Assembly: GCF_006345805.1 (NCBI RefSeq)
Contig: NC_043003.1
Span: 39,370,001-39,434,000 of the forward strand
Length of the DNA: 64,000 bases
Source: Octopus sinensis
Taxonomy: Eukaryota
Direction: 5' to 3'
Positions 55,335 to 64,000 of the stretch are shown piece after piece (the first letter of the stretch is position 1; each line of letters starts with the position of its first letter). A program made the translations under genes and the position numbers. Below the pieces are notes generated by a model. The model saw nothing but the letters and a program-made list of their open reading frames with translations. It had not been told where the DNA came from and searched no databases.

Positions 55335-56030
55335 GCTGTGACCTGGCAGAATCGTTAGCACACCGAACAAAATGCTTAGTAACATTTTCATCTGTATTTA
55401 TGTTTTGAGTTTAAATTCCACCGCGGTTGACTTAGCCTTTTAGCCTTTCACAGTCGATGAAATCAGTACCAGCTGAGTACTGGGGGTGGATGTCTAACAC
55501 CGTCGCCAAAAATTTCAGACCTTATACCTATAGTAGAAAGGATTGTCGTTATTGGAAAGGCGGTGAGCTGGCAGAATTAGAAGAGTATCGGACAAAATGC
55601 CATACTGTATTTTCATTTTCCGGCTTTTTACTTCTTGGTTTCAGATCATGCTGAGGTGAACTTTCACTTTCATCATTTCGGCATCAATAAAATGAAGTTC
55701 CAGTCAAATATTAGGGTCGATGGAATCGACAAACCCTGACCCCTCAAAATGCTTGACTTTGAGCCTAAATCAAAAGCCAATACTATTGTTATTGATATTA
55801 TTAACCTAATAGTAATGCAACGAGCTGGTTGAATCGTTAGCGCACCGGGTGAAATGCTTAGCGGCATTTCTTCCGTCTTCAGGTTCTGATTTCAAATTCT
55901 GCTGAGGTCGACTTTACTTTTCATCCTCTTTGGAGTCGATAAAATAAGTAGCAGTTGAGTACTAAGATCGATGTAATTGACTTCCCCCACCCCGAAATTG
56001 CTAGCCTTGTGCCAAAATTTAACATTTTAC
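55335..56030 (+). mobile_element. Three tandem Meta-like SINE copies
   Basis: Heads at about 55335, 55558 and 55820 with cores. Confidence 0.75.
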
Positions 56031-56834
56031 TGTGGTATATCCCTTTAACAACAAGGGTTAATTCTCGCCAAGCTTTCCCAAAGATATTGTTACACCTCAA
56101 ACAGAAAAAAAAATTGAAAAAGACGGAAAAGATGAAGAATTTTGATAGCAACATTGTTAGTTAGGCGTTGCAAATAAAACGTATCAGTAACCACAACGGT
56201 TATTCCTTAATTATTTTTTACGAATCTTGATTCCATACGCCCCTTTGTGTGGTGGTGTGTTCCTAAGGAACAAAACAAAACAAATTGCTGAGATAGCCAC
56301 AGGATAACGGGAAACATGGGTGTTTTCTCAGATTTTATACTATGCAGTGATTTGTGACTGCATATATGATATGGACATATATGTATAAGTGTGTATGCGT
56401 GTGTGTAAAAACAGACGCATACATCCACACATACATATATACACACAAATATACATATATATATTATTCAAAGGAATTTCAACTCTGTTTTCTATGTTTT
56501 ATTTGTATTCTTTATAATATTAATGTAGAATATAGAATATATAGTATAAATAGTACATATAGTAAAATGAAATGAAGTATTGATTGTCTTATCGAATAGA
56601 TGAAATATTAAATATCAAACATTAGGGGACTGGAATACTTTTTTGCATTTAAGCAGTCTTCAAGGTCACAAGTTGTGACAGGACTGTTTCAACTGTGTAC
56701 ATATATATATATACGAACTTTTTTTCGAACAACGAAAGAAACAAATAGAGAAACGAGACAGGCAGCATAAAGAACATACCCTTCGTCAGTTGTCCCTTGT
56801 TTTATCTACTCCGCGTTGAATCTTACCTAAATAG

Positions 56835-56873
<39 letters not shown>

Positions 56874-57661
56874 GTGTGTGTGTTGTGTGTATATATATGC
56901 ATACACACCACACATACACACACATATCCATACATATACTACATACACACACAAACATGCGCATAAATATATATTTCCCCTTTTCCTTGGTATATATTAT
57001 ATATATAGTATATATTATTATATATATATACAAAGAGAGGAGGAGAATTTCGATTAACACAATGTGGTGAGTTGTAATGTAAAAAATATATACAAAATAA
57101 AGAAGGGAAGTGCACATAGTTTGCATAATTTTAATATATTTTTAAATATATTTCATAAGTGAAAGGATATCGTGTTTCTCGACCGGTTTCGCTAATCATG
57201 GCATTGGAATTATTGTAATTTCATATTTTCTTAAGATTTTAGTCCATGTTGTGTGTGGAGAAGTTTGTGAATGAATAAATCAACAATTAGAAAAATCTAA
57301 GTGAAGGTAATTGTTGATCGTAATTATTTGAAGACGGGATAAATAAATATACAGAAACTCAAAAGCTAAAGTAGTGGGATGAAATATGTACAGTGATGGG
57401 TATGTGATCATGAATTAGAATATATACTGAGATCAAAGATGGTTATGTGTTCATATTTAGACGTGTTCTGTATTTTTCGATAAAAAAATTTTCTTTATTT
57501 AAACGTTCTTGTACAGAAATTGTTTCTTTGCACTGGTAGATGGGGAAAACTGTGAAGTTTGGTTAGATATTACTTGCACATCTCTCTATGTGTTCATTGA
57601 AAAGAATCTGCCTGTCTAATTTTCTTTTTCAGACCAATTACTAAGTTCTGCTACTTTCAGG

Positions 57662-58545
57662 ATGGCTACTAGAGTATGTAAAAATTCTCCAGATACATTT
57701 TGCTATGTGTGTGGTTATCATATTAGAAAAAAGCAGGTATTACATAAGATCGTGAAAGGTGCCAAATTGTGGATAGCGTACAGACTATTTCAGACTGCTC
57801 ATGGGTGACCAGGACAAACTATGGGCCCCACATGTGATATGTGAAAGCTGCCAATCTACTTTAGAAGGATGGTTAAGAGGTACAGGAAGGTCAATGCCTT
57901 TTGCCATTCCAAGGGTATGGAGAGAGCCAAGAACCATCACGATAACTGTTACTTTTGTATCATCGATGTGGCAAAGTACAGAAAAGTGAAAAGAAGACAA
58001 GCACTTCAGTATCCAGACATACCATCATCTAGAGCACCTGTCCCACATGATAACAGTTTACGAGTACCACTACCACCAGAAAATATTTCATCTGAAGAGT
58101 CAACAAGTAGCAGCAACCAAGAAATGGAGGAAGCTTTAGTACCAAGAACAACTTCGGAGCCTCACTTTCCAAATCAGAGTGAGCTAGATGATTTTATCAG
58201 GGATCTGGGTCTAAGTCAGGAGCTGAACTTCTTTCATCAAAGTTGAAGGAATGGACTCTACTGGGGGAAGATTGCAAAACATATGTGTACCGCAAATGCC
58301 ATTGAAATGTACTATGAAAATATAAATGATCTGTGTTGTAAATATGTGATCGGTTTGTTTACTGCTATTGGACTCAAGCATAATTCTGCAGAATGGCGAC
58401 TGTTCATAGATAGCTCAACACGAAGTCTCAAAGCAGTGTTGCTCCACAATGGAAATAAATATCATTCTTTGCCTCTTGCACACTCCATACAGAAGAAAGA
58501 AAATTACGATAATGTCAAAGAACTTGTCGACAAAATAAACGAGCA
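57662..58545 (+). pseudogene. Truncated Chapaev3-like (CMC superfamily) transposase
   Basis: MATRVCKNSPDTFCYVCG...MGDQDKLWAPHVICESC...WREP...HDNCYFC...WRLFIDSSTRSLKAVLLHNGNKYHSLPLAHS across frameshifts. Superfamily assigned from motif recall. Confidence 0.7.
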
Positions 58546-58990
58546 TAAATTTGAATTACTTTGGAAAAAAGGCTGTGTTTAAGTTAACACGTACTCTTCC
58601 CCCAGACAAAAATTCCTTTGCATCAAAGACCGCCAAGGACATCGGAGTAACTGTCAATACAACTGAAGCCGGAGCGCCCATATAAACAGCAAAGTCGACA
58701 TGGCCCGCAAGGCGTGCCCCTGGATCCCCAGGACTTTTCTGTCAAGAAATGGTCCTCATCATCTTCACCTTCGTCCGTCCTCACTTTCAATACTGCTGTT
58801 GGCTGTGGTCTCCCTACACGAAACAAAATATAAGAATTGAAGCCTGACGGAGACCAATCACAAAAAATAGACGACATGGCAGATCTTGATTACTGGGATC
58901 ATCTCGAGAAGTTCTAACGCCACTATGAAAGATATTCGTATGGTGTGGAAAAAATTCCCACAGCATTGGCCATGCTGCATCAACTTCGAA
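58546..58990 (+). mobile_element. CR1-type LINE RT C-terminal fragment (inverted copy at about 60915-61360)
   Basis: KFELL...KDIGVTV...WIPRTFLSR...FTFVRPHFQYCCWLWSPY...DLDYWDHLEK, matching the CR1/L2 FVRPHLEY...WSP pattern. Confidence 0.7.
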
Positions 58991-59051
58991 ATCCATATAT
59001 ATATATATATGTGTGTGTGTGTATGTGTATGTATGTATATATATTTATATA

Positions 59052-59108
<57 letters not shown>

Positions 59109-59152
59109 CATATACATATATTAATCAAAATAAAAACATGATGCCAAGGATT

Positions 59153-59231
59153 CACGGTACATATGTTTCGGGCCTTTATTATACGGATTTATAACAATGC
59201 ATAATGTGTATCTATGACTTCTTCAGCCGCG
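59153..59231 (-). ncRNA. Inverted partner copy of the hammerhead, weakened stem II
   Basis: CGCGG-CUGAAGA-AGUC...GGCCC-GAA-ACAUAUGU-A-CCGUG; the GGCC arm of stem II is changed to GUC. Confidence 0.55.
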
Positions 59232-60693
59232 CACAATTACTACCTCAAGGACATGTATTACATCAAAAATTCTACGTTGGGGATGCAAATCCTCTCATTC
59301 GCGTACGACATAATGCGGCACCAGCACAAAAATGAAGCGTCCATCCCGTCCTTCTCTCAATGTAGTATGAGGAAGCTTGGATGTTGAGGTAATATAAATA
59401 AATGAATAAATAAATATATATATATATATAAATACAGACAGACGTGAGGGAACCTGGTAATAAGAGTAAATAGGGATAAAGATGCAGGGGCGAGAATTCA
59501 GGACGAAGGATAAAAAAATATAAAAATGTGAAAGATAAAAGAATATAAGTATAGAAATATAAAAATATAAAGTATAAAAATATAAGGAAATATAAAAAGT
59601 ATAAATGAATATAAAGATATAAAATTATTTTAAAAAATATAAAAAATTATCAGAAATATAAAGTATATAAGAATATAAAAATGTAAAAGAATATAAGGAT
59701 AAGGGATATAAAGTTGTTACGGACTAACATGGTGGTCAGGAAGATGACATATTCTGGTTGTAGAAGCCGTGGGTGTCATAAATCAACCGGGGCGTCTGGG
59801 GACCTAGTGTATTGTAAATTAGAGTTGTCTGGTTAAACCGCTTATCTATTTCCTCGTTACGTGTCTAGTGGTCAACATGTACATACGTACACGCATGGAT
59901 ACATACACACATATTTTTCCCTGTCTATAAGCGAATTTCTTGCCCGCAGGTTTCTTACGTTCATGTCTACCTTCTGTACCCACTATAATTCCGTATCTTG
60001 CCCGTGTGCGAGAATGGATCTATTTGTTATACCTGTGTCTGTGCATGTGCATACTTTTGTGTATATGCATAGGGATCTACTCCCCCATGTGGGTGGATGT
60101 GGGCGTGAGTGTGGATGTATGCATATTTTTGCCCATACGCATAGAGATTCACTTCGTCTTGTGCATGCGTGTAAGTGCGAGTGTGCCTATATGAACGCAT
60201 GTGCGTGTATGTATATACGTACGTATGCGCGTCGGTTCGTGTACCCAACTACATGCGCCTTTTTCCGTATGTATCTGTATATGTTTACACGAGAGTACGT
60301 ATGTATGCTTGTATGCGTGTGGTTGTGTATGCGTGCGTATATGTACGCGTATATATGTGTGTATGTATCCATGCGTGTACGTATGTACATGTTGACCACT
60401 AGACACGTAACGAGGAAATAGATAAGCGGTTTAACCAGACAACTCTAATTTACAATACACTATTTATGACACCCACGGCTTCTACAACCAGAATATGTCA
60501 TCTTCCTGACCACCATGTTAGTCCGTAACAACTTTATATCCCTTATCCTTATATTCTTTTACATTGAGAGAAGGACGGGATGGACGCTTCATTTTTGTGC
60601 TGGTGCCGCATTATGTCGTACGCGAATGAGAGGATTTGCATCCCCAACGTAGAATTTTTGATGTAATACATGTCCTTGGGGTAGTAATTGTAC

Positions 60694-60771
60694 GCGGCTG
60701 AAGAAGGCCATAGACACACATTATGCATTGTTATAAATCCGTCTAATAAAGGCCCGAAACATATGTACCGC
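60694..60771 (+). ncRNA. Putative minimal type I hammerhead ribozyme (Penelope-type)
   Basis: GCGG-CUGAAGA-A-GGCC-(41 nt)-GGCCC-GAA-ACAUAUGU-A-CCGC: 4-bp GC stem I, intact core, GC stem II with one bulge, palindromic stem III, GUA site. Confidence 0.7.
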
Positions 60772-61828
60772 TTATCCTTGGCATCATGTTTTTATTTTGA
60801 TTAATATATATATATATATATATAATATATATATATATATTATATATATAATATATATATATATGTACATATATAATAATTACATACATACACATTACAC
60901 ACACACACATATATATATATGGATTTTGAGTTGATGCAGCATGGCCAATGCTGTGGGAATATTTTCCACACCATACGAATATCTTTCACAGTGGCGTTAG
61001 AACTTCTCGAGATGATCCCAGTAATCAAGATCTGCCATGTCGTCTATTTTTTGTGATTGGTCTCTGTCAGGCTTCAATTCTTATATTTTGTTTCGTGTAG
61101 GGAGACCACAGCCAACAGCAGTATTGAAGGTGAGGACGGACGAAGGTGAAGATGATGAGGACCATTTCTTGACAGAAAAGTCCTGGGGATCCAGGAGCAC
61201 GCCTTGCGGGCCATGTCGACTTTGCTGTTTATATGGGCGCTCCGGCTTCAGTTGTATTGACAGTTACTCCGATGTCCTTGGCGGTCTTTGATGCAATGAA
61301 ATTTTTGTCTGGGGGAAGAGTACGTGTTAACTTAAACACAGCCTTTTTTCCAAAGTAATTCAAATTTATGCTCGTTTATTTTGTCGACAAGTTCTTTGAC
61401 ATTATCGTAATTTTCTTTCTTCTGTATGGAGTGTGCAAGAGGCAAAGAATGATATTTATTTCCATTGTGGAGCAACACTGCTTTGAGACTTCGTGTTGAG
61501 CTATCTATGAACAGTCGCCATTCTGCAGAATCATGCTTGAGTCCAATAGCAGTAAACAAACCGATCACATATTTACAACACAGATCATTTATATTTTCAT
61601 AGTACATTTCAATGGCATTTGCGGTACACATATTTTTGCATTCTTCCCCCAGTAGAGTCCATTCCTTCAACTTTTATGAAAGAAGTTCAGCTCCTGACTT
61701 AGACCCATATCCCTGATAAAATCATATAATTTACTCCACCACCTACACCACCAAACGGTATATACAGGTGCTTACAATTATCAAGTACTCACCCTGAATT
61801 TATATATAATATAATAATAATATATATA

Positions 61829-61903
<75 letters not shown>

Positions 61904-61930
61904 TGTATGTATGTATGTATGTATGTATAT

Positions 61931-62300
61931 CAGGGTGCGTAATATATTTGAGGACAGATTTATGTTTATAAAAAAACAGATATATAATAACAGATAATAA
62001 CTTTATTTATCAAAATGTTATGAGGATAAAAATAAACATTCTTTCCTATAATGTTATTAAATAAAACCACCTTCAGCTTCAGCAACTGATTTTGTATGAA
62101 ATCTAACTCATTCACATGCGCGAATCAAGTGGTTCTGGTTCATTTTAGTCCAAAACAACTCTTCATACTGAGCTCTACTCTTTCTCTCAATTTAACCATC
62201 TCACATCGTCACTGATGAATGGATATCCCTAGTATTCCAGAAACAGTTGTAAGACTAACTTTCTCTTTATAAATGTCCTGAAAATTCCTCACAGTCTGGG
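61931..62300 (-). mobile_element. Tc1/mariner (maT-like) 3'-end fragment
   Basis: CAGGGTG terminus; minus strand ends VAEAEGGFI*, like the VEANSDFIE* end of the element at 16208. Confidence 0.6.
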
Positions 62301-62334
62301 CTTCGTTGTCTCATTTCATTTTACATGTGCGCGT

Positions 62335-62365
<31 letters not shown>

Positions 62366-62605
62366 CATGTGTGTGTGTGTGCTTGTCTTTGTCTCACCAC
62401 CATCTCTGACAGCTGATGTGGGTGTGCTTACGTCCCCGTAACATAGCGGTTCGGCAAAAAAGACCCGATAGACTAAGTACTAGGTTTACAAAGAATAGGG
62501 GTTGGGGTAGATTTCTTCGACTAAAATACTTAAAGGCGGTGCTTCAGCATGGCAACAGTCAAATGACTGAAACATGTAAAAGAATAAAAGAATAAAATAT
62601 ATAAA

Positions 62606-62682
<77 letters not shown>

Positions 62683-63265
62683 TGCGTGTGTGAGTGTATG
62701 TGTGGCTTATCAGGTGTTTTCGATTTGTCCTTGCTATTGTTCCTATAGCTGTCAAAACCCGTCACCGTTTCTTTTCGACTACTTATTTACCCTACTTCTA
62801 GCGCTTGTTCGATTTTGTGACTTTCCGACAACTTTTTCTATATTCGCTTCTCCTCGCCCTCGCTTACTTACTTCCGCCTCTAACTTCTCCCCCCCCCCCA
62901 CTAGACACACACATACACATACATGTGTTATATACTTTTCTGCGCGCACAGAAATATGAAGCTTTCCGCTTTACTTCTTTTGACAATCATCATACATAGA
63001 GAGAAATTTCGACAGTTAGTACTTAAAATGACAAGCTCTCGTCTTGTGTACAAGCATTATTTAAGGCACGCATTATCCTGCGAAACATATTACTTGTCTA
63101 TGTAAAATTTTTGCTTCTCTTTCTGGATTATTACAACAAGCCATTTTAGAGAGTAGATATTACTTAGTAAAATATCAGGTAAGGTTGTTAATTATATCTT
63201 TGATTACCGCCTTGTACTTTATATATATATACCTATATATATACATGTGTGTGTGTGTCTGTAAG

Positions 63266-63321
<56 letters not shown>

Positions 63322-63328
63322 TGTGTGT

Positions 63329-63632
63329 GGAGGCGCAATGGCCTAGTGGTTAGGGCAGCGGACTCGCGGTCGCAGGATCGCGGTTTCGATTCCCAGACCG
63401 TACACAATGCCTGTACACAAGACGGGAGCTTGTGTGTGTTTATTGAGCGAAAACACCTAAAAAGGGGGTGGTGATCCCTGCTGTACTCTTTCACCACTCT
63501 TTCTCCCACTCTTTCTTCTGTTGGCCTGCTCGCTTAGCCAGCGGGGTGGCGTGTTTCGAAGGCTAAAACAATGCGAATGCATTGTGACCAGCGATGTGTA
63601 ACAACATCTGATGGTCTGGTCGGTCACGTGAT

Positions 63633-63640
<8 letters not shown>
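63329..63640 (+). mobile_element. tRNA-derived SINE, full length
   Basis: GGAGGCGCAATGGCCTAGTGGTTAGGG...GGTTTCGATTCCCAG head; ends gtcacgtgatcacgtgat then (AT)n. Confidence 0.85.
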
Positions 63641-63671
<31 letters not shown>

Positions 63672-63675
63672 TATA

Positions 63676-63730
<55 letters not shown>

Positions 63731-64000
63731 ATATATATATGTGCGTGTGTGTGTGTGTGCGTGCAATGATTATGACTATAGAGAATATAGAGACTGGTAC
63801 ATCCTCAAAATTTACAGCATATTTTTGGCGAAGGTAAATGAGGTGTACACCTCCCATTTGTATGCTTTCGATATTAGAAGAATACGATTTTGCCCCCAAA
63901 TCACGTTTCCTAAATTTTTATTTCCCCCACCCCGCCCCAATTTATTAACTTAATTTTTTTCGAATTCTTTTTTTTTTTATTAATCCACGGACAAAAATAC

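Larger units (their letters stand above)
58188..61725. repeat. Large inverted duplication: left arm 58188-59914, spacer 59915-60352, right arm 60353-61725
   Basis: Arms are reverse complements with scattered substitutions; the right arm lacks 321-bp and 22-bp segments. Confidence 0.95.

Noticed and set aside
59861-60421. 186-aa ORF spanning the inversion spacer, the longest in the track
   Set aside because: Its start and end derive from the two inverted arms and the middle is GT-rich low-complexity sequence; no domain is recognisable.

Overview
Eukaryotic, intron-rich, microsatellite-saturated DNA. The SINE, LINE and transposon content and the protein sequence point to an octopod cephalopod, most likely Octopus (inference). 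The only host gene I can support is a molluscan-type troponin C on the + strand. It has a tentative exon 1 (21808-21819), a 25-nt exon 2 (22397-22421), exon 3 (25610-25753), exon 4 (27666-27908) and two homologous, apparently alternative terminal exons: 5a (40877-40905, EFKTLMTSE*) and 5b (46661-46686, EFSKLMME*). Neither terminal exon appears in the ORF track. The rest is repeats: Meta-type, CORE-type and tRNA-headed SINEs; mariner, maT, hAT and Chapaev-type DNA transposon relics; RLE-type, CRE, RTE, CR1 and L1/Tx1-type LINE fragments; and Penelope-like remnants. Beyond annotation, three things stand out. (1) A 3.5-kb inverted duplication at 58188-61725. (2) A minimal type I hammerhead ribozyme with an apparently intact core inside it (60694-60771), plus several decayed relatives elsewhere. 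(3) About ten fold-back hairpins, several of which turn at hammerhead-like motifs and five of which lie in troponin C introns. Almost all ORFs in the track are microsatellite read-throughs. All family names come from motif recognition by eye, not from database searches.
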